Shown here one piece after another: positions 18,904-28,583 of a stretch of DNA of 64,000 nt. A program made the position numbers and the translations under genes. Every line of letters begins with the position of its first letter. Position 1 is the first letter of the stretch. The DNA lies in the NCBI GenBank assembly GCA_963801355.1, contig CAWDEM010000008.1, positions 1-64,000 on the forward strand, written 5' to 3'. The notes beneath the pieces are model-generated. The model saw nothing but the letters and a program-made list of their open reading frames with translations, did not search any database and was not told the origin of the DNA. The stretch comes from Ignavibacteriota bacterium. Its GTDB lineage: Bacteria; Bacteroidota; Ignavibacteria; UBA10030; UBA6906.

Positions 18904-21579
18904 ATGATCGGCAAGGTCGTTTCCCACTACAAGATCCTTGAAAAGCTCGGCGAAGGCGGCATGGGCGTGGTCTATAAGGCCGAAGATACCAAGCTTGATC
19001 GCCTTGTAGCACTCAAGTTCCTCCCTCCTGATCTCACACGCGACCCCGAGGCTAAGCAGCGATTCATATACGAAGCCAAAGCTGCCTCAGCCCTCCAGCA
19101 CAACAATATCTGCGTCGTCTACGATATCGATGAGACCTCTGACGGGCAGGTATTCATGTGCATGGAGTACCTCGCGGGCGAAACGCTCAAACAGAAGATC
19201 GAACGTAGGCCGCTGAAGATAGAGGAGGCCATCGATGTCGCCATCCAGGTCGCGCTGGGTCTGACGAAGGCCCACGAACACGGCATCGTCCATCGTGACA
19301 TCAAATCCGCCAACATTCTGGTGACGAAGGATGGTGTACCAAAGATCGTGGACTTCGGATTGGCAAAGCTCACTGGGCGGACGGTGCTGACGAAGGCTGG
19401 AAGCACGGTCGGAACCATCGCCTATATGTCCCCCGAGCAAACGAAAGGTGACTCTGTAGACCACCGGACAGACATCTGGTCGCTCGGAGTGGAAATCTAC
19501 GAGATGGTTACCGGCCAGATGCCGTTCAAGGGAGATTATGACAATGCGGTGATGTATTCCATCGCGAATGTTGACCCGGAACCACTCACTGCTCTGCGGA
19601 CCGGTGTTCCAATGGAGTTGGAACGCATTGTCACGAAAGCGCTAAGAAAGAAGCCCGAGGACCGATACCAGCACATCAGCGACATGTTAGTGGATCTGAG
19701 GGTTCTCAAAAGCGACCTCCCCCGTATGACAACCTCTTCTCCTGACATCGGACTGAGTCAGCCTGCTCGCCGAGTCAGTCGCTGGAGGCAACTGACCCCG
19801 TGGTTCGTGGCACTTGTCATGGCACTGGTGGCGATTGGGACATTCTGGAGACCGTGGTCCGAACCGAGGGTCACAAATCAACGGCAGGTGAGCTTCACTG
19901 TATTTTCGCAGGAAGGTGATTCACTGAGCGGAATCGCCGGATCCATCGCATCCGTTGCCATCTCGCGCGATGGCCGGAAGTTGGTGTACGGCGTGGTACG
20001 TGACGGGATCTCCCGCCTATTTTTCCGAGCCTTGGAGTCTCTGCAAGCCAGGACGATTGCCGGAACCGAAGGTGCCCGTAATCCCTTTTTCTCACCGGAT
20101 GGAAACTGGGTTGGTTTCTTTGCTGGCGGGTACTTGAAGAAGGTTTCACTGCTTAGTGGTGCTCCCCAGATCATCTGCAAAGCTGAATATGGGGCCGGCG
20201 GAACATGGGGCGGTGACAACACCATTGTGTTTGTCAAGTGGGTTGAGAGTAATGGCCTCTTCGAAATCAAGGCAGATGGGTCCAGCCACGAAAGGCAGAT
20301 AAAAGTGACAGTGGAAACGCCCTTCAATTGGTTTGGTTATCCGGAGTTCCTGCCTGATGCGAAAACAGTCATCGTTACCATCTCTCGCAGTCAGTATGAG
20401 AACTACATCGCGATAGTCTCAACAGAAACCGGCAAAACCCGGTTCTTGATGGAGGGAAGCGAATACGCCAGGTACTCGCCGACTGGCCACCTCATCTACA
20501 GCCGAACCGGGGAGGGGGACCTGTGGGCTGTGCCCTTCAGTGTCAGCGATCTCGAGCTCACTGGATCTCCTTTCCCGGTTCTGGATGGAGTGAGACAGTT
20601 TGCACTCTCTGAGACGGGGACGCTAGCGTACACTCCGGGCAGTGGTATTCAGCAGAATGACACCGTCGCGCTGGTAAACCGGAAGGAGGAAATCAAGCCT
20701 TTGCCAATACCACCGGGCGCATTCCATGGGCTTCGATTTTCCCCTGATGGCAAGCGTCTGGTCTTTAGCTGGCACCAGGCCAGGGTGAACCTCTGGATCT
20801 ATGAACTGGATCGAAACGTGTTGCGCCGATTCACTGATGATCAGGGAAACGATTGGACACCACTCTGGACACCTGACAGCAGGCACATTCTATTCCAGTC
20901 GAATCGCGCCGGCCAAGGGTTCCGACTCTTTCTGAAGGCCCTGGATGCGGAAGGTCCTGGAGAGCCGCTTACGGAGACTAGCCACAAACAGCAGCCCGGG
21001 TGCTGGACGGCGGACGGTAAGGCGCTCATATTCCAGGAAGGCGTTTTCCCCGAAACATTGCACGACATCATGCTCCTGCCGCTCGATGGAGACCGAACAC
21101 CACGGCCTCTGTTGCGGACGAAGTACAACGAGCGTTTTCCTGTACTTTCGCCTGACGGGCGGTGGCTCGCCTACGGTTCTGACGAATCTGGCCGTTGGGA
21201 GGTCTACGTACGACACTATCCGGATCTAGAGGATATTACACGGATTTCCATCGAAGGGGGCGTTGCCCCCATGTGGAACCCTGACGGCAACGAGCTCTTC
21301 TACTGGGATACCAATCGTCAAACGTTGGTCTCTGTGTCCGTGCGCGCCGGCCGCGCGCTGGAAATCGGAAAGCCGAAACTCTTTGCCCGCGGCAACTTCT
21401 CGTTCGGCAACAACTCGTGGTACCGCAGCTATGATATGGCGCCGGACGGCAAGACACTTGTCATGATTCTCAAGGGAACATCAGGACCGAGCCCTAGGCA
21501 GTTCAATGTTGTGCTCAACTGGTTTGAGGAACTGAAAGTGCGGGAACATGGAAGCAAGCCATTGGCCGGATCTCAGTGA
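18904..21579 (+). CDS. Ser/Thr protein kinase with a TM helix and PD40/TolB beta-propeller
   Basis: Intact kinase motifs, TM segment WFVALVMALVAIG, and FSPDG repeats. Confidence 0.95.
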   Translation: MIGKVVSHYKILEKLGEGGMGVVYKAEDTKLDRLVALKFLPPDLTRDPEAKQRFIYEAKAASALQHNNICVVYDIDETSDGQVFMCMEYLAGETLKQKIERRPLKIEEAIDVAIQVALGLTKAHEHGIVHRDIKSANILVTKDGVPKIVDFGLAKLTGRTVLTKAGSTVGTIAYMSPEQTKGDSVDHRTDIWSLGVEIYEMVTGQMPFKGDYDNAVMYSIANVDPEPLTALRTGVPMELERIVTKALRKKPEDRYQHISDMLVDLRVLKSDLPRMTTSSPDIGLSQPARRVSRWRQLTPWFVALVMALVAIGTFWRPWSEPRVTNQRQVSFTVFSQEGDSLSGIAGSIASVAISRDGRKLVYGVVRDGISRLFFRALESLQARTIAGTEGARNPFFSPDGNWVGFFAGGYLKKVSLLSGAPQIICKAEYGAGGTWGGDNTIVFVKWVESNGLFEIKADGSSHERQIKVTVETPFNWFGYPEFLPDAKTVIVTISRSQYENYIAIVSTETGKTRFLMEGSEYARYSPTGHLIYSRTGEGDLWAVPFSVSDLELTGSPFPVLDGVRQFALSETGTLAYTPGSGIQQNDTVALVNRKEEIKPLPIPPGAFHGLRFSPDGKRLVFSWHQARVNLWIYELDRNVLRRFTDDQGNDWTPLWTPDSRHILFQSNRAGQGFRLFLKALDAEGPGEPLTETSHKQQPGCWTADGKALIFQEGVFPETLHDIMLLPLDGDRTPRPLLRTKYNERFPVLSPDGRWLAYGSDESGRWEVYVRHYPDLEDITRISIEGGVAPMWNPDGNELFYWDTNRQTLVSVSVRAGRALEIGKPKLFARGNFSFGNNSWYRSYDMAPDGKTLVMILKGTSGPSPRQFNVVLNWFEELKVREHGSKPLAGSQ

Positions 21580-21631
21580 TGTGGTCCATCGGGCGCTCTT
21601 GAATGACAGAAACGGATGAGGTATGTTTCCT

Positions 21632-21790
21632 ATGATCGGCAAGGTTGTTTCCCACTACAAGATCCTCGAGCACCTCGGCGGCGGGGGCATGGGCGTGGTG
21701 TACAAAGCCCAAGCCGCTTCTTCCCTCGATCACTACAATATCTGCAACATTCACGAGATCGGTGAATTGTCATGTCGGATGGATTCGTGA
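21632..21790 (+). pseudogene. Internally deleted 5' remnant of a third Ser/Thr kinase
   Basis: [44 protein letters not shown] then a stop. Confidence 0.85.
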
Positions 21791-21831
21791 TTCCATCGAC
21801 AAGATCATGCATTCTTTTACGGAGGATAGCG

Positions 21832-23064
21832 ATGAAAGGCGTCTTTGTTTCTCTTCTCTTGCTCGCGCTACTATCCACACGGCTTCTCGTGCTTGCACAG
21901 GACCGCCGTGACCGTGCTGTCTTCGAAGTGAAGAACGACGCCATGAAGGACTCCATCAAGGCCGCATTGAAGAAAACCGATCCCGACAAAACGTTGAAGA
22001 AAGAGATGCAAGTCGATTTCTCGGCCATCAAGGCACCGTCGGGCGTTGCTGACTTTGCAAGCGTGTGGCATTTTCCCCCTATTCTCCAGGGATTATCGGG
22101 CATGTGCTGGTGTTTTTCCACAACCTCCTTCTTGGAATCGGAAATCTATCGACTGACACAGCGCAAGATCAAGCTTTCCGAACTGCACACAGTGTACTGG
22201 GAATATGTCGAGAAAGCGAGAGCGTTCGTGCAGACACGCGGAAAGACGCATATCGGCGAAGGGTCAGAAGCAAATGCGGTGTTCCGCATCTGGAAGAAAT
22301 ATGGCGTCGTTCCGGAAGAAACCTTCACGGGTCTCACGACAGACGCCAAATACCATGATCACGGGAGCGCGCTCTTCAAGGAATTCAAGGCATATCTCAA
22401 CAGTGTCAAAGATCAGAACGCCTGGAACGAAGAGGAAGTTGCTGCAACGGTCCGTTCAATTCTCGACCACTATCTGAGCGCGCCGCCGACAATGTTTACC
22501 GTGGGAGAGAAACAAATGACGGCGAAGGAATACCTTGCCAACGTTGTTCGTCTAAATCCTGACAATTACGTTGACCTGTGCTCATCACTTGAGAAACCGT
22601 ACTTCAGGAAGATGGAATTCGAAGAGCCGGACAACTGGTGGTACGACAAGGACTTTTACAACATTCCCCTCGATGATTTCATGCACATCATCAAGCGGGC
22701 TATCCGGGACGGCTATTCAATGGCAATATGTGGTGACATACACGAAGCGGGGTACTCCTATGGTTCACCTGGGATCGCCGTTGTTCCCTCGTACGATATT
22801 CCATCAGCAGGAATCGATGAACTGTCACGCCAGTTCCGCGTCAGCAATGCCTCCACCACCAACGACCACTGTCTGCACCTGGTAGGATATGTGGCGAAAG
22901 ACGGCAAGGATTGGTTTTTGATCAAGGACTCGGGGAGCATGGCCTACAATAACACATCCCCCGGGTACTACTTCTATGACGAGGACTTCGTGAAATTGAA
23001 AACTATGACCGTTTCTGTTCACAAAGATGCTGCACGCGGGTTGTTATCGAGATTTGCAGAGTAG
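21832..23064 (+). CDS. Secreted C1-family cysteine peptidase (aminopeptidase C/bleomycin hydrolase-like)
   Basis: GGAGG RBS, signal peptide, QGLSGMCWCFS, DHCLHLVG and KDSG. Confidence 0.9.
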   Translation: MKGVFVSLLLLALLSTRLLVLAQDRRDRAVFEVKNDAMKDSIKAALKKTDPDKTLKKEMQVDFSAIKAPSGVADFASVWHFPPILQGLSGMCWCFSTTSFLESEIYRLTQRKIKLSELHTVYWEYVEKARAFVQTRGKTHIGEGSEANAVFRIWKKYGVVPEETFTGLTTDAKYHDHGSALFKEFKAYLNSVKDQNAWNEEEVAATVRSILDHYLSAPPTMFTVGEKQMTAKEYLANVVRLNPDNYVDLCSSLEKPYFRKMEFEEPDNWWYDKDFYNIPLDDFMHIIKRAIRDGYSMAICGDIHEAGYSYGSPGIAVVPSYDIPSAGIDELSRQFRVSNASTTNDHCLHLVGYVAKDGKDWFLIKDSGSMAYNNTSPGYYFYDEDFVKLKTMTVSVHKDAARGLLSRFAE

Positions 23065-23128
23065 GCTTCGTCCAGGCGCGTGAGCTGGTTCTTCTGAAGG
23101 AGTCGGCACGCAATTGTTGAGGTAAAAT

Positions 23129-23162
23129 GAAGGCTCGGTGATTCCCGGGCCTTCTTCATTTG
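23129..23162 (+). terminator. Probable intrinsic terminator
   Basis: GAAGGCTCGG-TGATTC-CCGGGCCTTC followed by T-rich sequence. Confidence 0.55.
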
Positions 23163-23437
23163 GTTCAAGGAAACTGTTGAGCGCTGGGGCTACTGAGGGA
23201 GTGGAATGGGCTTAGAATCGAGGTCAAAAGGGAGTGAAGAGGACCTTTTCAGGGGGTGAAACGAAGAAGAATGCATGAAATATGGAGCTCGATTTCGATA
23301 GGCGCCAGCCACAAATCTCTCTTTCAGGAGACTAGCTACTCTTTCATCCCTTTAGTTGATTCATCTTAGGGTTCCGTCCGGTATACTTCATCAGATTCAG
23401 CATCATGAGGAACCAAGAGGGGCAAAGTTCTCCGTCG

Positions 23438-23488
23438 GCCATCGAGCCGCCGCTCTGGACCCTCTCATGTGGAGCCCACCCCGACGAC
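23438..23488. repeat. Direct repeat, copy 1 (copy 2 at 24814-24876)
   Basis: GCCATCGAGCCGCC(G/A)CTCTGGACCCT...GAGCCCACCCCGACGAC. Confidence 0.8.
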
Positions 23489-23613
23489 CCCCCTAGCTGG
23501 CAATCTCGGTCGTGCCTGTCGAGTGTCTCTCCGATCGCTATTGGCACCAATGTTGCGTTCATAGTGCACTGTGCAGAAGCAGCTCTGAGGTTTATTGAAG
23601 GAGAGAAGAAGCT

Positions 23614-23796
23614 ATGATATCACCGGACTACATACGAATCCTCAAGCTCGACAAAGTTGCCATGAAGTCAAAGACACTGCCGGAGTTTCTCCAGGCCGTG
23701 AAAGCGCGTCTGGAATTTGCCAAGAATCTCGGAGTGGAAGGGACCTTCCCCTATTTTGTGCAGCAAGCGTGGCTGGTATTCGGCGATGGTAAGTGA
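23614..23796 (+). CDS. Small hypothetical protein (60 aa)
   Basis: GAAGGAG RBS and protein-like composition. Confidence 0.55.
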   Translation: MISPDYIRILKLDKVAMKSKTLPEFLQAVKARLEFAKNLGVEGTFPYFVQQAWLVFGDGK

Positions 23797-23938
23797 TCCA
23801 GGAGAGGGAGACTAACGCGCTCTCCACTTCCCCAATGTCAATTGTCCACAGTCCATCGTCTATTGTCCCGTCCCGGTAATCTGAACTGCGCCGGGTCAAC
23901 TGCAAGCATAGGCCTTATAGACAACCAAGGAGGTTGCC

Positions 23939-24289
23939 ATGATGCTGGAAAATCGGATTAGGATTGCGCCCAATACAACAGTAGCATATGCCGACGAGGA
24001 GACACACAAGTTGGTAGTGGAGTTTGCCATCCCGGGAGCACCAACGGATACCATCGATCTGAAGATCCTGGCAGACAGCGTCCACCTCACAGCACCAGCA
24101 AGGGACCTCGAGTACGTTTCAGCACTGGCTTTGGCTTGGCCGGTGAAACCTGAGAAAGCCGAAGCGATCTACGAGCACGGTCTGCTCCGAATCGAGGTGC
24201 CCTTCAAAGACCCGATGGAAGATGCTGTGAAGGTCGCCATCAAGGCAGGGGGTGCGGAACCCAAGACTAAGAAAATCGAAGCCTCATGA
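23939..24289 (+). CDS. Hsp20/alpha-crystallin family protein
   Basis: AAGGAGG RBS; FAIPG...IDL and AEAIYEHGLLRIEVP. Confidence 0.88.
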   Translation: MMLENRIRIAPNTTVAYADEETHKLVVEFAIPGAPTDTIDLKILADSVHLTAPARDLEYVSALALAWPVKPEKAEAIYEHGLLRIEVPFKDPMEDAVKVAIKAGGAEPKTKKIEAS

Positions 24290-24813
24290 CCCGTTGAGTT
24301 GTGAGAGTCTCTTCTCGTAATACCACGGATGAGCCCGATTCATCAGGCCGGACACTTCCGCTGCAGGTGGCAGCTGGGTTCGAAGCGTGCGTAGCGTGCG
24401 AGGGAAGGACTATGACCTTCCATCAATGCTGACCACGTTGCCCCGGCCGCCCGTCTAGCCCCTTTTATCAAATAAAAAGAGTCCTCCCGTTGTGGAGCGC
24501 AGTGCGTAATTAAGATGCACCGATGGTTGGAGCGTTTGTACTTTCACGCACTGCACGGTTACCGCTTGGGTGGTATGTCCCCATTCTCCTAGTTGGGGAA
24601 GAGGGTGAGCAACAGTGGGGTCTCAGCTGGATTGTCGTTGACTTTCTTCTATCCGATTACCATATTGTGCCCAAGCTTGCAGATGTCGAATGCGGGATTC
24701 CCGCGACAGACCTGGAAGCGCACCTGCACTCCCTCCTCTCCCGCGGGTTTCACCTTCCGCATTCGGTTGTAAGATCTTGCAGTCTCACGTTTGCTCGCAC
24801 GATGGCTTCCCCA

Positions 24814-24876
24814 GCCATCGAGCCGCCACTCTGGACCCTGTTCCAGTTCCTCCGTTGTAGAGCCCACCCCGACGAC
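24814..24876. repeat. Direct repeat, copy 2
   Basis: Matches 23438-23488 with a longer centre. Confidence 0.8.
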
Positions 24877-25321
24877 TCTCTGGCCTAATGCAGCCACCGT
24901 AAAGGCAAAGATTGACGCAGCCTACACGGCCCAAGAACAGGCGGCCGTGAAGGGAGATGCGACCGCCGCAGCCAGCAACTATGAGGAGAATGCTGTCATC
25001 CTGCCGTCGAACATGCCCATGGTCAAAGGCAGAGCAGCCATAGAAAAGACGATGAAAGGTTGGCTGCAGTCAGAAATGAAGATGAAAGAATTCACCAGTA
25101 CCACGATCTCAGTAGAAGGCGCCGGTGAGTTCGCGATCCAGCTCGGGAGATATTTCCAGACTTACGAGATGAGTGGGAAGGTCGTCGCTGACACGGGCAA
25201 GTTTGTGACCGTTTGGAGAAAGCAGGCAGATGGATCCTGGAAAATGGCCTACGACATCTGGACCACGGATATTCCTGCTCCCGCGATGCCTCCAGAACCT
25301 GAAGCAAAGAAGAAGAAATAG
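24877..25321 (+). CDS. NTF2-like/DUF4440 (YybH) protein, probably 5'-truncated
   Basis: GDATAAASNYEENAVILP...KGRAAI...GKFVTVWRKQADGSWK; no credible start after the repeat. Confidence 0.75.
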
Positions 25322-25328
25322 TCGTGCT

Positions 25329-25465
25329 CCTTCAACCCATCAACGACCATCCGCTACGGGCTGCCTCAGAGGTCAGTTGTGAATCTGACAGTCTACAACA
25401 CTCTTGGCCCACAGGTCGTCCTTCTCCAGAATGGCGAACGGGAAGCCGGTTATCATGAGGTGAAC
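25329..25465 (+). pseudogene. Orphan T9SS C-terminal domain fragment
   Basis: FNPSTTIRYGLPQRSVVNLTVYNTLGPQVVLLQNGEREAGYHEV with no upstream gene body. Confidence 0.8.
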
Positions 25466-25618
25466 GACCAGGCGCTCAAACTTGCCACATGAGTCGCAAG
25501 ATTCTTGATGCTGTTTCACAGCCTAATGCACGCTAGGCGGTTCTGCGCTCGCGGACTGATTGGGTCAGCGGGTTGGGGCTTGCACTGCAGCTCAAATCTA
25601 TCAATGGAGGGTAAACAG

Positions 25619-26055
25619 ATGGATACCAAACGGTTCGTGGTCGGAACGATCGTCGGCGCCGTTGTGCTGTTCATTTTTGGCTACGTCATATTCGACTGGG
25701 CCTTCGCGGCCTTCTATGCCGCAAACGCCGGCTCGGCCACAGGCGTGGATCGAGGCGAGGTATTGTATTGGGCGCTGGTGCTGGCGAATCTGGCGTATGC
25801 GGCTCTCATCATGTACGCGATCGGGAATCGAACTGGCACCCTATCGATCCTTCGAAGGCGCGAAGATCGCAGCGATCGTGGGCTTTCTTCTCTGGTTCAC
25901 CGCGGACTTCATGCTCTACGGTTACACGAACCTCTCGAACCTGACGAAGACGATCGTTGATCCTCTCCTCGAGACTCGTGCACGGCGGCATCGCTGGCGC
26001 CGTCATTGCCGCGGTGTTGAAGAAAGTGCCTGCCTCCGGTCCCAAGCCCGCGTGA
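25619..26055 (+). pseudogene. Small 4-TM membrane protein (DUF1761-like) with two frameshifts
   Basis: GGAGG RBS; hydrophobic helices continue across frames near 25850 and 25975. Confidence 0.65.
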
Positions 26056-26108
26056 CCGGGAACCGTGTGGCCGGGAAAAATCAAATCCACCTCTCACATT
26101 GTGTAAAC

Positions 26109-26140
26109 AAAGGGTTCGGCATTTATCACCGAGCCCTTTC
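26109..26140. terminator. Hairpin between convergent genes
   Basis: AAAGGGTTCGG...CCGAGCCCTTT. Confidence 0.55.
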
Positions 26141-26254
26141 ATGTTTAGAGCAGGGGTACGGTGTAGCGTTGGAGTTTCTTAGGGAGTAAAAATGCCCTTT
26201 GGACCAGGTGAAACAGTGGAAAACGCCAGAAAGAAGACTGTACGGTGCTCTCGC

Positions 26255-27175
26255 TCAGATCCGGGCGGAAGGGACGTGTGAAGTGCGGTGAAGTCCCGCG
26301 TGCCGTGCATACTCAACCACTTCGTCATATTCACGAACGTCGATCAAGCGATTTAGCTCCGGAATTTTCTGGGCTCGATACGAGGGGTGATACTGATCCA
26401 TTATGTTAACGTACGAATCGAGCGAAATTTCCGTTGCGATGAAGTCAAGCACAGCACGTGAACCTCCGATGCCGTTCGGCAACACGAGGTGCCGAATCAG
26501 AAGTCCACGTCGCGCGATGTCCCGTTCGTCGCAGACCAAATTACCCACCTGCCGGTGCATCTCTTTCACTGCAGCCCGAACGACCATCCAGTAGTCCTTG
26601 GCACCAGAATAACGTTGTGCGATTTGGTTGTTAGAGTATTTGATGTCCGGCATATAGATATCAACGATATCCTCCAGCAACTTTAGCGTGTACACAGATT
26701 CGTATCCACCGCAATTGTAGACCAGAGGAATGGACAATCCCATTTTGACTGCTTCTGCGATCGCTTCGACGATCTGTGGTATGAAGTGTGTCGGCGTTAC
26801 CAGATTGATGTTATGGCATCCGTGTGTCTGCAATCGAAGCATGCATTCCGCGAGTTCTTGAATGGAGACGGATCTTCCCTGCCGGAGCTGGCTGATCTGA
26901 TAGTTCTGGCAAAATGCACATTTCAGGTTGCACGACGAAAAGAAAATCGTGCCTGAGCCATACTTGCCAACCAACTCCGGCTCTTCGCCAAAATGCGGTC
27001 CAGCATGCGAAACAACGACAACATCTGTGGAACGGCAAACGCCCCGTTGCCCGTTCAGGCGATGAGCTCCGCACTCACGAGCACAGACAACGCAAGCGCG
27101 AAGGAGTTCTCGTAGCTGCGCTGCGCGAATCTCCAGTTCGTTGACCGTCAATCGCGAGCGATAAGATGGCTTCAT
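26255..27175 (-). CDS. Radical SAM protein, PflX-like (PFL-activating enzyme related)
   Basis: CVVCAREC, HFGEEP, GSGTIFFSSCNLKCAFCQN, HNINLVTP and RHLVLP. Confidence 0.9.
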   Translation of the reverse strand: MKPSYRSRLTVNELEIRAAQLRELLRACVVCARECGAHRLNGQRGVCRSTDVVVVSHAGPHFGEEPELVGKYGSGTIFFSSCNLKCAFCQNYQISQLRQGRSVSIQELAECMLRLQTHGCHNINLVTPTHFIPQIVEAIAEAVKMGLSIPLVYNCGGYESVYTLKLLEDIVDIYMPDIKYSNNQIAQRYSGAKDYWMVVRAAVKEMHRQVGNLVCDERDIARRGLLIRHLVLPNGIGGSRAVLDFIATEISLDSYVNIMDQYHPSYRAQKIPELNRLIDVREYDEVVEYARHAGLHRTSHVPSARI

Positions 27176-27347
27176 GTGAGAGATTTCCCAAGCAAGTCTC
27201 GCGCCGGCAAGATGGTCATTCAACTCACCGTGCAATCGGGAGGACACATGAGGCATGTAGCAGCGTTGGGTACTCAAAGACTCGTCGCCGTCATCATGTT
27301 CAGATGCTTCGGGTTCCCCAATTGACGTGCACGCCATCGCTGGTGTA

Positions 27348-27515
27348 TCAGCTCTTCTTTGAGGTGATCACCGTTGTGCGAGGTAGCAGTTGCGTCACCT
27401 CAGTGCTGCTGCAATATTGGCAGGTCGGCGCAGCGGATTTGTCGTGTTCAGCGATCGTAAGATGGAGGGTAAAGGTCTTCTTGCAATCATTGCATAGGTA
27501 CTCATAGTCAGGCAT
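27348..27515 (-). CDS. FmdB-family zinc-ribbon protein (55 aa, absent from the ORF track)
   Basis: MPDYEYLCNDCKKTF...PTCQYCSS...TSKKS; AAGGAG RBS. Confidence 0.88.
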   Translation of the reverse strand: MPDYEYLCNDCKKTFTLHLTIAEHDKSAAPTCQYCSSTEVTQLLPRTTVITSKKS

Positions 27516-27663
27516 AGCTGTTGCTCCTTTCCATAAGCATGAAGACCATGCATCTGGTTGGACACAAGGCCTCTCTCAATACACGATAGCACACCAGAAT
27601 CTATGGGGGATTTCGTCGAAAGTCAAATCAACAAAGACAAGAGAAATAGATTTGCAGGTACGC

Positions 27664-27720
27664 TTGACAATATGTATCCCCGAAAGTATCTTATGGATAC
27701 TAAAGTCTCCATATGGATAC
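27664..27720 (+). promoter_or_regulatory. Sigma70-type promoter with operator repeats for the MNT-HEPN operon
   Basis: TTGACA-17-TATCTT; GTATCC...GGATAC inverted repeat and ATGGATAC twice. Confidence 0.7.
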
Positions 27721-27746
27721 AATAGGATCCAAGCCGGAGGTCGCCA

Positions 27747-28388
27747 ATGGTTCTGTACCATGTTCTAGACCACGTGTTCTCGACCTGGTCGCATATTGCC
27801 GTCTTGCGGGTATTGAAGGACGTTCTTCATCCCTTGTCTGGGCGCGAGGTTGCCCGGCAGGCAGGGATGAACCATCGATCATGCTTGCGGGCACTGTCAG
27901 CGCTTGAGGAGCTTCGTCTTGTGACCAGACAGCGGGGCGGAAGGGACCACTTCTTCACCATGAATCGGCAGCACCGTCTGCTCCATGATGGGATTCTCCC
28001 ACTCCTTGAGGTAGAGGCGGAGTTTGCGAATTCCGTAGGAAGCGCTCTGAGTCGGAATCTGCGGAGGGACGTGACTTCGTTGATTCTCTTCGGTAGTGTT
28101 GCCAGAAGGGAGGAGACACCAAGCAGCGACTTGGATCTCTGCCTGATCGTTCCGACCTCTGCGACAAAACAGAAGGCACTCGAAAAGGTGCATGCCCTGG
28201 CGCCGGCTGTCCTACGTCTCTATGGCATTCGCATTTCTCCGCTTGCCTACAGCGTGCAGGAATTCCGTCGGGCGGCGCGCCAACATCGACCGCCGGTAAG
28301 GGAGATCATCTCAGAAGGAAGGGTGCTGGCGGGTGCGTCACTTAAGGAGGTGCTCGATGGCACGAAGTGGCGTACGAAAGTCGGTTGA
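27747..28388 (+). CDS. HTH plus minimal nucleotidyltransferase (MNT antitoxin)
   Basis: LSGREVAR HTH and LFGSVARREETPSSDLDL. Confidence 0.9.
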   Translation: MVLYHVLDHVFSTWSHIAVLRVLKDVLHPLSGREVARQAGMNHRSCLRALSALEELRLVTRQRGGRDHFFTMNRQHRLLHDGILPLLEVEAEFANSVGSALSRNLRRDVTSLILFGSVARREETPSSDLDLCLIVPTSATKQKALEKVHALAPAVLRLYGIRISPLAYSVQEFRRAARQHRPPVREIISEGRVLAGASLKEVLDGTKWRTKVG

Positions 28389-28583
28389 CCGTTCGAAGTT
28401 CAAGTCTTACCTGCAGGTTGCAGACGGGTTCCGACAGGCTGCCGACACCGCTTTGGACTATGAGTACTGGAATGCTGCGGGCTTGCTCATGGTCCATGCG
28501 GCAATAGGCTACACGGACGCGTTGACGATTCGAATTGCGGGGGTGAAGAGTCAGGGCGAGGATCATCACGAGGCGATTGCGCT
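28357..28583 (+). pseudogene. HEPN-domain toxin truncated by an IS
   Basis: AAGGAGG RBS; WNAAGLLMVHAAI...DA...GEDHHEAIAL is cut at the IS end at 28584. Confidence 0.75.
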
